Below are positions 11,467 to 22,400 of a DNA stretch of 64,000 bases, piece by piece. The notes below the pieces were generated by a model. The model was given only the letters and a program-made list of their open reading frames with translations. It did not search any database and had not been told where the DNA came from. Numbering within the stretch: the stretch's first letter is position 1; the number at the start of each line of letters is the position of its first letter. This stretch comes from Candidatus Komeilibacteria bacterium (GTDB taxonomy: Bacteria; Patescibacteriota; Patescibacteriia; UBA1558; 2-01-FULL-52-15): positions 6,018 through 70,017 of the forward strand of contig JAZDLR010000021.1 of the NCBI GenBank assembly GCA_043801745.1, given 5' to 3'. Position numbers and translations under genes: made by a program.

Positions 11467-13164
11467 ATGTTTACCCCAGAAGAAAAAGCCATACTAAAAA
11501 AATACGTCACCGATCCGGACGGTGATGTTTTCTGCGTTCAGAATCTGGAAGGCATTGTAGGCGCGGTTTATGCCCGTTACAGCCGGGCGCGCGGCGGTTT
11601 CCGTGAGGTGATGTTGAAAGAGTTTATTAAGGAGGGCTTGCTAGACGTTGAGAAAGCTAGTCAGTTAATTGAAAGGGTGTTAGTTGCTTATGGTGATGAC
11701 TCTGTTGGTGAACTAGAAGGAACGCATTTATCAGTGGAAAATATTTCTGTTTTAGCCACTAAGGAAATAGAGGACCGCCGAATTGGCGGCTCGCCCATTG
11801 AGCAGTCCACGCGTTATGTTTTCTACGATCAGCGAGATGATCAGGGACAGTTTAGATATTACCGCGAGCCGCGCATCATGGCTTCCAATCATTCCAAGGA
11901 TTACGTGGAGACCATGGATTATATTTTTCAAACCTACTGCGATTTGATTGAGCCGATGAAGGCTTATTATCAGGGATTAAAGTCAATTGACGAGGCCGAG
12001 TATGATGTCTTAGGTACCGGAACTAAACAAAAATTAGCGGATTTAAATGAAGAGAAAGACCGCAAGGCTTTTACCGTAACATATAATTCAGATATCAGAA
12101 CTAAGGCCTGCGACTCTCTGCGCAGTATTTTACCCATTGCTACGAAGACTAACGTCGGCTTATTTGGCAATGGCCGTTTCTTTCAATGGATGCTATCGCA
12201 TTTATATACCTCACCTTTATCCGAAGCAGCCGGCGTGGCCCAGCAGGCGAAAAATGAATTAGATAAAGTTATTCCGCATTACGTTAAACGGGCCAAGAAA
12301 AACGACTATCGGATTAAAATCCGCGAGGAAATGGAAAAATTGACCACCGAGTTATTAAGCACGGTTGAGCCAAAAGAAGAGGATAATATCACTTTATTTG
12401 ATCACGGCGAAGCAGTTATGGCTGAGGAAATAAATACTTTAGTCATGCAGCAATCTTTGGTAACGGCTGATCAGTTGCGTGAGCTGATAAAGAACGAGGA
12501 AGATCATTTGACTTATGCTATGATGTTGTATGAATATTGCCGTCATCCTTTGAAACAACTTTTAAAAATTGTGCGCAAGTTACCCCTTGAGACTAAAGAA
12601 AAAATCCGCAGTACTTATATTGGCGAGCGGCAAACACGGCGCGATCGGCCTTACCGCGCTTTGGAAAGCGGCTACCGTTACACTTTTGATTTAGTGACTG
12701 ACTTTGGCACGTATAAAGATTTAATGCGGCACCGGATGACCAGCCAGTTACGTCAGCGTTTCAACCCTTTGTTAGGTTTTATCGTGGTGGAGGATATTAA
12801 ACGGGCCGGTTTTGAAGAAAAAGTTTTGGAGTGCCACCGCCGCTCAGCCGAATTATATGGCCAAGTGGTCAAAGATTTTCCTCTGGAGGCCTCCTATGTT
12901 ACTCTACATGGACATAAGGTGCGCTGGGTCATGGGCTTTAATGAACGCGAGGCTTATCATTTACTGGAACTACGCACCACGCCGCAGGGTCATCCGCAAT
13001 ACCGTCGGGTCTGTCAGCTGATGCATAAGCAAATTGAAGCTAACCGCGCCTGGCGCGCCAGAGCCATGAAGTTTGTGGATCATAATGATTATTTTTGGTC
13101 GCGGGCAGACGCGGAAGCGAAGCAGAGGGTGGGAGAAAAGAAACTGGAAGAGAACAATAAATAA
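11467..13164 (+). CDS. thyX: FAD-dependent thymidylate synthase, double-domain ThyX type
   Basis: ARYSR, YGDDSV, IEQSTRY in N-domain; DLMRHR, LELRTTPQGHPQYR in C-domain; located in dTTP cluster. Confidence 0.88.
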   Translation: MFTPEEKAILKKYVTDPDGDVFCVQNLEGIVGAVYARYSRARGGFREVMLKEFIKEGLLDVEKASQLIERVLVAYGDDSVGELEGTHLSVENISVLATKEIEDRRIGGSPIEQSTRYVFYDQRDDQGQFRYYREPRIMASNHSKDYVETMDYIFQTYCDLIEPMKAYYQGLKSIDEAEYDVLGTGTKQKLADLNEEKDRKAFTVTYNSDIRTKACDSLRSILPIATKTNVGLFGNGRFFQWMLSHLYTSPLSEAAGVAQQAKNELDKVIPHYVKRAKKNDYRIKIREEMEKLTTELLSTVEPKEEDNITLFDHGEAVMAEEINTLVMQQSLVTADQLRELIKNEEDHLTYAMMLYEYCRHPLKQLLKIVRKLPLETKEKIRSTYIGERQTRRDRPYRALESGYRYTFDLVTDFGTYKDLMRHRMTSQLRQRFNPLLGFIVVEDIKRAGFEEKVLECHRRSAELYGQVVKDFPLEASYVTLHGHKVRWVMGFNEREAYHLLELRTTPQGHPQYRRVCQLMHKQIEANRAWRARAMKFVDHNDYFWSRADAEAKQRVGEKKLEENNK

Positions 13165-13185
13165 ATTTGTTGCTATTACAATGAG

Positions 13186-13305
13186 AAGTATCAAGATTCA
13201 GGTTACAAGTTCCAAACAATATTTAAGATTCAATTATCAGGTTTCAAAATTTTAAAATTGATAATTGAATATTGTTTGAATATTGATCATTGATTATTGA
13301 AACTT
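13186..13305. repeat. AT-rich heptamer-periodic hairpin resembling the flanks of the four-helix-bundle gene
   Basis: caaacaatatt (13213-13223) / aatattgtttg (13268-13278) with 7-nt periodic arms. Confidence 0.7.
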
Positions 13306-13312
13306 AATCCCA

Positions 13313-13870
13313 ATGCCTATCCCCAACATCCGCGTCATTTCCGGTTGTATGTTCTCCGGCAAAACTAGCCGCCTTTTATGGTATTTGAAACGCGCCGATC
13401 TGGCCAACCGTAAGGTCGTATTATTTAAGCCGCAAATTGATAACCGTTACAGCGCTTCGGAAGTCGTGACGCACGATAATACCCGCGTGCCTTCAATGGT
13501 AATTTCGCAGGCTGTGGAGATTTTACCTTTAGCTGATCAGTATGATGTTATTGGTATTGATGAGATTCATTTTTTTGATGCCAGGCAATTAGTGGCAGTG
13601 GCGGAAAAATTAGCCGCTCAAGGCAAAGCCGTTGTGGCGGCCGGTTTAGATTTAGATGCCGAGGATAACGCTTTTGAAGCTACTAAGGAACTTATGGGTA
13701 TTGCCGAGTTTGTGGAAAAACTTCAGGCCGTGTGTGCTGACTGCAATAATGAATATGCCTCACGCTCTTACCGCAAGTCGCAGTCTAAAGAAAAGTTTGA
13801 AGTTGGCGGCAAAGAGGCCTACTTACCTTTGTGCCGCGTGTGTAATGCTAAACGGAAAGCGCCAAAATGA
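13313..13870 (+). CDS. tdk: Thymidine kinase
   Basis: GCMFSGKT, KPQIDNRY, IDEIHFF, AGLD, CADC...LCRVC zinc site. Confidence 0.96.
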   Translation: MPIPNIRVISGCMFSGKTSRLLWYLKRADLANRKVVLFKPQIDNRYSASEVVTHDNTRVPSMVISQAVEILPLADQYDVIGIDEIHFFDARQLVAVAEKLAAQGKAVVAAGLDLDAEDNAFEATKELMGIAEFVEKLQAVCADCNNEYASRSYRKSQSKEKFEVGGKEAYLPLCRVCNAKRKAPK

Positions 13871-14553
13871 CGGGCAAGTTAATTGTTATTGACGGCACCG
13901 ACGGTTCGGGTAAGGCCACGCAGGTTGAATTATTGGCCGAGCGTCTAAAAAAAGATGGCTATAAGGTAGCGATTGCGGATTTTCCGCGTCACGGCGAGCC
14001 GTCAGCTTATTTTGTGCAAGAGTATTTGAATGGTCGCTTCGGACCCTTAGAAACTATTGGACCCAAGAAAGGTTCAATTTTTTATGCGCTTGATCGTTAT
14101 GCGGCCAGTTTTCCTATGCGCCAGCAGTTAGAACAAGGTTATATTGTTTTGTCTAATCGTTATGTTACGGCCAACATGGGACATCAGGGGGGTAAAATTG
14201 CGGATCCTGAAGCCAGACACAAATTTTTCGACTGGCTGTATGAATTAGAATTTGAAATTGTGGGTATTCCTAAGCCGGATTTGAATATTATTCTGCACGT
14301 GCCGGCGGAAATTGGTCAGCAGCTGGTAGATCGAAAATCCAGCAGGGATTATATTGGTGGTAAGAAGCGCGATTTGCATGAGCAGGACATTAATCATTTA
14401 AAGGCCGCGGAGCAGGTATATTTGGAAATTGCCAAGAAGTATCCCAATTTTGCTTTGATTGAGTGCGTAGACAATGGTATGATTATGTCTAGAGAGAAGA
14501 TAAATGATTTGATTTGGGAAACTATCGAGAAATGTCTAAATACGAACCCGTAA
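13867..14553 (+). CDS. tmk: Thymidylate kinase
   Basis: IDGTDGSGKATQ, FPR, YALDR, NRYVTAN, PKPDL. Confidence 0.93.
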   Translation: MTGKLIVIDGTDGSGKATQVELLAERLKKDGYKVAIADFPRHGEPSAYFVQEYLNGRFGPLETIGPKKGSIFYALDRYAASFPMRQQLEQGYIVLSNRYVTANMGHQGGKIADPEARHKFFDWLYELEFEIVGIPKPDLNIILHVPAEIGQQLVDRKSSRDYIGGKKRDLHEQDINHLKAAEQVYLEIAKKYPNFALIECVDNGMIMSREKINDLIWETIEKCLNTNP

Positions 14554-16040
14554 TTGGTCTGGAAATTCACTTGCAGCTTAAAACTAAGAGCAAGATGTTT
14601 TGCCGTTGTGCCAATGAGCGTGACAATCAGCAGCCGAATTCCGCTGTTTGTCCGGTGTGTCTGGGGCATCCCGGCACTTTGCCGGTAGTGAATGCCGAAG
14701 CTATCCGTCAGGGTATCCGGCTGGGTCTGGGGATTAATTGCTATATTAACCGTTTTTCCAAGTTTGACCGCAAAAATTATTTTTATCCGGATTTACCCAA
14801 AGGTTACCAGATTACTCAATTTGATCAGCCGCTGGCTACGGACGGTTATTTGCTGTTATTGATTGGTGGTCAGGAGCGGCGTTTCAGCATTGAAAGGATG
14901 CATCTGGAAGAAGACACGGGCAAGAATTTTCATATTAAGGATCAGACTTTGATTGATTTTAACCGGGCCGGCGCGCCACTGGGTGAAATTGTGACTAAGC
15001 CGGATTTCCGCTCGCCGCAGGAAGCTAAGCGTTTTTTGCAGGAATTGAAATTAATCGCCCGCTATTTAGGAGTGTCTGACGCGGATATGGAAAAAGGACA
15101 ATTGCGCGTGGATGTTAATATTTCCCTGCGTCCGGTTGGTGACGTCAAACTATATCCCAAAACGGAAGTTAAAAATGTCAATTCTTTCCGTTCAGTGGAG
15201 CGGGCTCTGCAATATGAGATTGAGCGGCAAACTAAGTTATGGCAAGGCGAGATGCCGCCACAGCAGGGTAGTACCCGCGGCTGGGATGATTCCCGGGAGA
15301 TAACCGTGGAGCAAAGAGTAAAAGAAGAAAGTAATGATTACCGTTTCTTCCCCGAGCCGGATTTACCGCCCCTGGAGTTATCAGTAGAAGAAGTGGAAGA
15401 AATTAAGAAATCTTTACCCGAATTGCCGCTGGCTAAGCGTCACCGTTTTCAGGAGGAATTTCTGCTAAATTATGGCGAGGCTGAAGTTCTTTCTATGGAT
15501 ATCGCGACAGCCAATTATTTTGAAGCCACGGTCAGTGAATTACGAGCTTGGCTGTTATCATCCGGCGAAACCAGCGGCAGTGAAGAAGAAATTTGGGCCG
15601 CCAACCGCAAGAAATTAGCCCGTCTGGCTCTGGCTTGGATTACCACGGAATTATTCAAGCATTTGAATGCCGGCAATAAGACCATTGAGCAGTCGCCGGT
15701 AACACCGGAAGATATGACGGAATTTATTGTTCTGGTTTATCAGGGTAAAGTTAATAGCTCGGCGGCGCAGACAATTTTTGCCACTATGGTCACCACGGGC
15801 GAGGATCCGCAGGCTATTGCTGACCGTTTGGATTTGCATCAGGAGAGCAATGAAGAATCCTTGTCAGAAATTGTGCGAACTATTATTGAGAATAATCCTG
15901 ATCAGGTGAATGATTACCGCAGCGGCAAGCAAGCCATTATGAAATATTTTGTCGGTCTGGCCATGAAAGAATCTAAAGGTAGGGGAAATCCCCAGGTGCT
16001 GGAAAAGCTGTTTAAAGAAGAACTGGAAATTAGGCAGTAG
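14532..16040 (+). CDS. gatB: Asp/Glu-tRNA amidotransferase subunit B
   Basis: YEPVIGLEIHLQL, PGTLPV, FDRKNYFYPDLPKGYQITQ, HLEEDTG, NRAG, YRFFPEPDL; ATG at 14532. Confidence 0.98.
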   Translation: MSKYEPVIGLEIHLQLKTKSKMFCRCANERDNQQPNSAVCPVCLGHPGTLPVVNAEAIRQGIRLGLGINCYINRFSKFDRKNYFYPDLPKGYQITQFDQPLATDGYLLLLIGGQERRFSIERMHLEEDTGKNFHIKDQTLIDFNRAGAPLGEIVTKPDFRSPQEAKRFLQELKLIARYLGVSDADMEKGQLRVDVNISLRPVGDVKLYPKTEVKNVNSFRSVERALQYEIERQTKLWQGEMPPQQGSTRGWDDSREITVEQRVKEESNDYRFFPEPDLPPLELSVEEVEEIKKSLPELPLAKRHRFQEEFLLNYGEAEVLSMDIATANYFEATVSELRAWLLSSGETSGSEEEIWAANRKKLARLALAWITTELFKHLNAGNKTIEQSPVTPEDMTEFIVLVYQGKVNSSAAQTIFATMVTTGEDPQAIADRLDLHQESNEESLSEIVRTIIENNPDQVNDYRSGKQAIMKYFVGLAMKESKGRGNPQVLEKLFKEELEIRQ

Positions 16041-16112
16041 GAAGGTAGCTTGTAGTGCGGCCGTCATGGCGATTTATCTTGGCTTAGGCTGGGATTTTTT
16101 TGATATATATTT

Positions 16113-16140
16113 GTACGGACAGGTCGCGACCTGTCCGTAC
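16113..16140. repeat. Perfect 28-bp palindrome (REP-like)
   Basis: gtacggacaggtcgcgacctgtccgtac. Confidence 0.75.
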
Positions 16141-16271
16141 GCGGAAAATCAGAGCTGAAATTTAAAATATGAAATCGCAATGACGGCCGGTTTGACACCC
16201 GCTATTTTTTCTATATACTGTAGTAACTTCTTTTCGCGTTCACAGTTGGTTGACTATACAGGAGGTGTCCG

Positions 16272-16640
16272 TTGAAGATAATGTTCATTGTTTTTCTGGT
16301 TTTGGCGGCCATACTAGCGGCTGTACCAGCCAGTGCCATCACTTTGCCGCTTGATTGTTTGGCGGCAGGGGATACGCTGAGCCTGCAGTATTTGCCTGAT
16401 TGCGACGCCCGAACCGGCGTCTTGCTTCCGCTCGGGCCCTGCCCACAGCAATTGTCCATGTTTTACATGGGCGGGCAGAACTGGATCGTGATTGGTGACC
16501 AGATCTACGGCGTGGTGGTGGATAACCCGGCGTTTGGGGTTATCCGTTATGTCATGATCTTGCCACGCTGTCACAAATCGGTTCTTCGGTTTGGCAGATG
16601 GCAGTTTCCTGGCCGCAGGCTGGTTTTCCACAATGGATAG
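16272..16640 (+). CDS. Hypothetical secreted protein (accessory)
   Basis: Signal peptide ending PASA; SD aggagg before TTG; terminator-like hairpin downstream. Confidence 0.65.
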   Translation: MKIMFIVFLVLAAILAAVPASAITLPLDCLAAGDTLSLQYLPDCDARTGVLLPLGPCPQQLSMFYMGGQNWIVIGDQIYGVVVDNPAFGVIRYVMILPRCHKSVLRFGRWQFPGRRLVFHNG

Positions 16641-16750
16641 CTGGAGACAAACCAAGGAGGAAAAAGGACGGCCGTGTCGTTTGAGTGACATGGCCGTTTA
16701 AAATTTATTTTCTACCACCCCTTTCCCCTCCTTGGTAAGGAGGGGATGGA

Positions 16751-17719
16751 TTAAGAGTCCAGAAATTTTAAGGCTGCGGATTTGGCTTCGGCTTCGTTGC
16801 CGACCCAGGTGATTGGTGTTTTCTTTTCCATACGCCAGAACCAGGTCATTTGCCGTTTGGCATAGTTGCGGGTGTCTTGCTGAATCTGACTAATTATTTG
16901 TTCGCGGGTTATTTTTTTGTCAAAATAATCATGCCATTCGCGGTAACCGATGGAAAGCATGGCCGGGCAGTCCCAGCCGTATTGGGCTGATAGCTTTTTA
17001 ACTTCATCTTCTAAACCGCGCTTAAGCATTTCATGTACTCGGGTATTAATGCGGGAGTAGAGTAGTTCACGGTCGACCTCAATACCAATAAGACAGTAAT
17101 CATGTTTTGGTTCGGCTGTGGCCTGACTAGTGACAAAGCCGCGGCCGGTAATTTCACTGAACTCAATGGCGCGGATTAGTTTTAACCGGTTATTCTGATA
17201 AATCAGTTGCGAGCCTTCGGGATCAACTTTTTTTAAACGGAAAATTAATTCATCAGTAGTGAGCTTGTCTAGTTCTTCGCGTAATTTTGGTTGCGGCGCA
17301 ACGTTAGGAATTTGATAATTTTCCACCACAGCCGATAAGTATAATCCGGTACCGCCGACTAAAAAAGGCACTTTTTGCTGTTTTAAAATATCGTCGATTT
17401 TAGCCACAGCCATTGCCTGATAATCCGGCAAATAGATTTGATCTGTTGGTTCGGCAATGTCAATTAAATAATGCGGAATAACTTTCTGCTCTTCAATCGT
17501 AATTTTATTCGTGCCGATGTTAAAGTATTTATAAACATGCCGCGAGTCAGCTGACACAATTTCGCCGTTTAGCTCTTGGGCTAAGTGAATTGCCATAAGC
17601 GATTTGCCTGAAGCGGTGGGCCCAAGAATAACTATTACTTTGGGTTTAGGCAAGGCTAACGGGCGCTTGATTACAGCGGTAGAAGCTTTAACTTTTGGCT
17701 TGGTTTTGGTTGTTAACAT
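16751..17719 (-). CDS. miaA: tRNA dimethylallyltransferase
   Basis: GPTASGKS, SADSR, IGTNK, VGGTGLY, SIGYRE, TRNYAKRQMTW. Confidence 0.97.
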   Translation of the reverse strand: MLTTKTKPKVKASTAVIKRPLALPKPKVIVILGPTASGKSLMAIHLAQELNGEIVSADSRHVYKYFNIGTNKITIEEQKVIPHYLIDIAEPTDQIYLPDYQAMAVAKIDDILKQQKVPFLVGGTGLYLSAVVENYQIPNVAPQPKLREELDKLTTDELIFRLKKVDPEGSQLIYQNNRLKLIRAIEFSEITGRGFVTSQATAEPKHDYCLIGIEVDRELLYSRINTRVHEMLKRGLEDEVKKLSAQYGWDCPAMLSIGYREWHDYFDKKITREQIISQIQQDTRNYAKRQMTWFWRMEKKTPITWVGNEAEAKSAALKFLDS

Positions 17720-17898
17720 ATTATTTAAAGCGTACCGCCACTTTGGGTTTTTTAGTTCGAACTTTACATTTTAATTGGTCTGCCAAAGAAACGCGTTTAG
17801 TTAAGCGCTTTTTTTTGAGTAGTTCCCGTTTTTCGGACTTGGTGAGCATAAGGAAAGTATAGCAGAAAAGATGGAAAACGACCCGCTTGCCCCAGTCT

Positions 17899-18011
17899 TG
17901 TCATTGCGAACACCGCGCCGCTAGGCGGGGTGGTGGAACAATCTGTAACAGATTGCTTTGTCGCCCAGCACCACTTGGCTGCCAAGTGGTGCTGGGCTCC
18001 TCGCAATGACA
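17899..18011. repeat. Family A palindromic element, copy 3
   Basis: tgtcattgcgaa...caatctgtaacagattgct...cccagcaccacttggctgccaagtggtgctggg...ctcgcaatgaca. Confidence 0.85.
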
Positions 18012-18035
18012 AGTGAGGGATAGGGGCGGGCGGGT

Positions 18036-19337
18036 TTATGGGACTAACTCACCGTCCAGGCCAAACGCTTTGGCTTTAGTGATGTGGACATTAACAAACT
18101 CGCCGATCAGCGGCAGATCTGGAGCATTAAAAGTGACTGTTTTGGATTCAGACGTTTTGCCTTCATAACGCCAGCCATCGCTTTTTTTGCGTCGGCTATC
18201 GACCAGCACTTTTACGGTTTGACTTTCAAATTGCCGGTTATAAGCCAATCCGGTTTGACCCAGTACTTCATTTAATTCAAATTCACGCTTTTCTTTGATA
18301 GCATGCGGTATGTCATCGGCATATAGTTTAGCCGCTGCTGTGCCCGGACGGGTGGAGTATTGAGATAAATAAGCCATATCAAATTTGACGTCCTTAAATA
18401 GTTGCAAGGTTTTTTGAAATTGTTCCTCGGTTTCGCCGCAAAAACCAACAATGACGTCAGTAGAAAGTCCGATAGTTGGCCGGACTTTACGGATTTTTTC
18501 AATCAGCTGTTTATAATGTTTGATAGTATAGTGACGATTCATTTTTTCCAAAATTTGGTCATCACCTGACTGCATGGGCAAATGCAAATAATTAGTCAGG
18601 TGTTTATTGCGGCCGAGTTCTTTTATTAAATCATCGGACATATCATAAGGATGTGAGGTCATGAAACGCAGCCACCAGTCACCTTGAATTTTGTCTAATT
18701 TTTGAAGCAGTGCCGGAAATTTAATTTCGTCTTTAAGATCCAGTCCATAAGAATTAACATTCTGACCAACCAGAATGATTTCTTTATAACCGCGTTTGAT
18801 TAAGTTTTTAACCTCTTCAATTATTTCAGACGAGGGCCGCGAAATCTCTTTACCTCTGGTATAGGGCACGGCGCAGTAAGTACAGAATTTATTACAGCCC
18901 GTAGCGATCGGCACATAGGCGGAAAATATGGACTGGTACTTGGGTTCAATTTTAAAATAGCTAGGTAAGTCAATTAGTTGTTCGTCCGTCAGCTTTTTCA
19001 GCTGCTCGGGTAAAGTATCAAGTTGTTTTATATCCAAAAAAATGTCAAATTTGTCATTTAACTGCTCACGGTCTTGCTGTAGTACACAGCCGGATAGCAG
19101 AGTAATCAGCGGCCGTTTGGTTTTTTCCAACTGCCATTGGCGTACCTTACCGTGAATGCGGTCCATGGCTGATTGCCGTACAGCGCAGGCCACGACGCCG
19201 ACCAGATCAGCCTGTGATTCATCATCTGTCGGCTGATAACCGATTTTTTCCAGAATTGTAGCTAAGCGCTCGGCGTCATTTTTGTTCATTTGGCAACCAA
19301 GAACGAGCAAATGGTAATATTTGGGGGCAATAGTCAT
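18036..19337 (-). CDS. miaB: tRNA-2-methylthio-N6-dimethylallyladenosine synthase
   Basis: GCQMN, CAVR, GCNKFCTYCAVPYTRG, GQNVNSYG, HLPMQSG, TRAM-like C-terminus; adjacent to miaA. Confidence 0.95.
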   Translation of the reverse strand: MTIAPKYYHLLVLGCQMNKNDAERLATILEKIGYQPTDDESQADLVGVVACAVRQSAMDRIHGKVRQWQLEKTKRPLITLLSGCVLQQDREQLNDKFDIFLDIKQLDTLPEQLKKLTDEQLIDLPSYFKIEPKYQSIFSAYVPIATGCNKFCTYCAVPYTRGKEISRPSSEIIEEVKNLIKRGYKEIILVGQNVNSYGLDLKDEIKFPALLQKLDKIQGDWWLRFMTSHPYDMSDDLIKELGRNKHLTNYLHLPMQSGDDQILEKMNRHYTIKHYKQLIEKIRKVRPTIGLSTDVIVGFCGETEEQFQKTLQLFKDVKFDMAYLSQYSTRPGTAAAKLYADDIPHAIKEKREFELNEVLGQTGLAYNRQFESQTVKVLVDSRRKKSDGWRYEGKTSESKTVTFNAPDLPLIGEFVNVHITKAKAFGLDGELVP

Positions 19338-19433
19338 GCTCGCATTCTAGCAAACGCAACAGGAAATTCAAACCATGCAATTTATCTGTATTTATTGTAT
19401 AATATCAATTAGATATTTCGAGATTTTTTGGTT

Positions 19434-22400
19434 ATGAAAAACAATAAGCAGTCAGGTCTTTTTTGGAGAATGGCGTCAATTATTGGGGCAGTACTTTTTT
19501 TGATTTTTATCAGCAGATGGGCAGCAGCTAGAATCACTAAGCGGCGCAAAATGACTCTATTCGGTGGAGTAGCCATTCTGGCTTTAGCTTTTGTTAGCTT
19601 TAATGTCCAGGGAAAATATAACGATGTTTTAACTGTACCAGCTTATTTGAGTGATAATACGGTAAAGATGGCCACCTATCAGCCGACTTTTCATAACGCT
19701 TTATATTGGCCGTTTCAATCTTGTTATGAAGGTAGCTGCTCGGGTTATCATCGGACGCTGCCAGTGGGTTGGCCCGGTGATACTACCGATTCTGAAACTA
19801 TCCGATCTATTGGCGCGGAATCAATATTATATGGAGATACGGGTTTAAATTTATATTCCGAAGGTACTTCTGCTGATCCGGCTGTCATGGCTCAATTGGA
19901 TTGGGCTGCGTCCGTGGGAATGAAAGTTAATATGTGGGATTCAGTCACTGATTATTATATCAGATGGGGTACTTATTATTCGCTACCTCAGATTCAGATT
20001 CATATTAATCGGGTTGTCGAGCTTTATGCTTCACACTCCGGATTAGGTGGCTACGATGTTGCCGGAGAACCAGAGGGCTGGGGAGCGTCACCAATACAAC
20101 GCGAAGGCATGTATGCCCGTCTGGGTCAGGTAACAGCCCTTTATAAAGCGGCTGACCCGAATCACCGCGTCTATGCGGGCACGGCTTCGGCAGCTAAGAT
20201 GCGTTTTTGCCGCGAGGGTCGCCCCACTGAATGGGCAAATTCCGGTTTTGACTCCCTCCGGGGAGGTGGCGCTTTGATTGATGAAAATAGTCAGGAATTT
20301 CAGACTAATATCGAAAACAGGATTGATCTTTTAGACGTAGATTATTTATGCACGGAAAATTATGGTATTCCCTTTGGTTTTTCTTTGGCCGCGAATTATT
20401 GGGCTGGCGATAGTATCACACCGGCAGAAACCAGAATGTACATTTATCTGCTGTTGGCTCATGGCGGACAGGGTTTAGAGTGGTTTCCTTATGGTACGGA
20501 AGGTGGATTGGTCTGGGACAATCAGGCACCTGATTATACCTTGAATTTTTCCAATTGGTTGCCGGCTATGCAGGGAGGTTTGATTTATAAAGATTCGCAA
20601 TTTAAAAAACCGCCCGGCTCCAGTAATGTTCATTATGCCGTTGATACGTTGGAAAAACACAGTGGTAATTATTCGGCCCGCATGGATTTTTCCGGAGTAG
20701 CTGGTTACAATTTTAATTTACGACTTTTTCCCCCGGGGGATGTTTCGGCTACCTGGCCTCCGAATTTTAGAGGCTTAAAAGCTAATACGAGTTACACGAT
20801 GAAGGGTTGGGTTAAGATCGATGGCGATGCGGACATTCAATTAAAAGCCATTGGCCCGATGATAGCGGGTGACGGCTCCGACGTTAATTATGCCTATTCA
20901 GAGAATCTTCGTGGGACACATGATTGGACTGAAATTACTAAAAGTTTTACCACGGGGGCCACGACCGGCTTGTTTACCTTCGGACCTTATAGTAATTCTG
21001 CTTCGACCGGTAGTGTCTGGTTTGATGATTTTTCCTTAATTGAAACTGCGGACCCAACTCAGAGGAATTTAGCAGCTAAATTTAATCCTGGTTTTGAAAC
21101 CGTGACTGGCGCTGACCGCACGCCCCGTGAACCATTATATTCTGCGGTCCGTACTTTAAATTCGGAACTGGCGACTCTGGGACCGTTGATGGTTAGTTTA
21201 AAAAGGATTAGCGCCTTTGATGATCAGAAGGTGCCGACTAAAGGATTGGTAAATTCGGTCAGCTCATCAGTGCCAGTGGGACAACCACGCGTGGAAATAG
21301 GTGTTTTTGCTACAGCAGACAGCAATGCGGATTATTATTTAGCTGTGGTAAACAGAAATATCAATTCAGCAGCCACGGTTAATTTGGTTGTGAATTCGGC
21401 TGCTAATTTAAGCTTGACTGATGCTTTAACCGGCGCCAGTCAAAACGCTGTTTCCAACGGAACAACGGCTTCTACGGTCATATCTCTACCAGCCGGCGGC
21501 GGAAAAATTTTTCACCTAACAGGAATTAAGTATAATCCGCCGCAAAAAACTTTAGTCTATTCAGAAGATTTTGACGATGGTGCTGCTCAGGGCTGGACCA
21601 TGACCGGCGGAACCTGGACTTATGTTAATGATAATGACGGTAAAGTTTTAGACGTGCGTGATAGTAGCGGCTTGGCTTATGCCTTAGATAGGGCTCATGT
21701 TTATGATGACTTGGAGTATAGCGGCAAGGTCAAAATTATGAGTGATCATGATATGAGTTATGGTGTTAGTCCAATTGATATTACTTTTAGAAAAGATCCT
21801 AATGACCCCAGTCCCGGAAATAACAAATATGATATGAGGATTACTCTTGATCCCGGTGCTGAGAGTAGCGTTGGGGTGGTTGAGCTTGGCCGGCGTGATA
21901 CTGGTAGTACTACTTGGTTTTGTTTACTTACTGACGAGAATTTTGCCCGCGGTGACCGCTATGTTGATTTTAAAATCAGGGCTTATGGTAATAGAATTGA
22001 AGGTTACTTTGACGGCACCAAATATATTGATTGTATTGATAATAGCGGTTTAGGATTTTCCTCTGGTTATATTGGTTTGCGTGTTTCAGCCGGAGCGCAT
22101 TTACGTTTCGATGATTTGCAAGTTTATTCTTTAACGGCCGCTTCAAGTTCGTGCACGGAAAACTGGGGTTGTAGTGATTGGAGTGCTTGTGTCAATAGTT
22201 TACAGACCCGCACCTGCGTTGATGCTAATAGCTGTGGCACCGAGACCACTAAGCCGGCAACCTCACAAGCTTGTTTGCCTCCGTGTGAATCAAACTTTCA
22301 ATGTGATGATTGGAGCGTTTGTAGCTCACAAGGAGGTCAGACCCGCGCTTGTGTTGATATTAATTCCTGCGATCCGCCAGGAGTGAGCCCGCCGACAACT

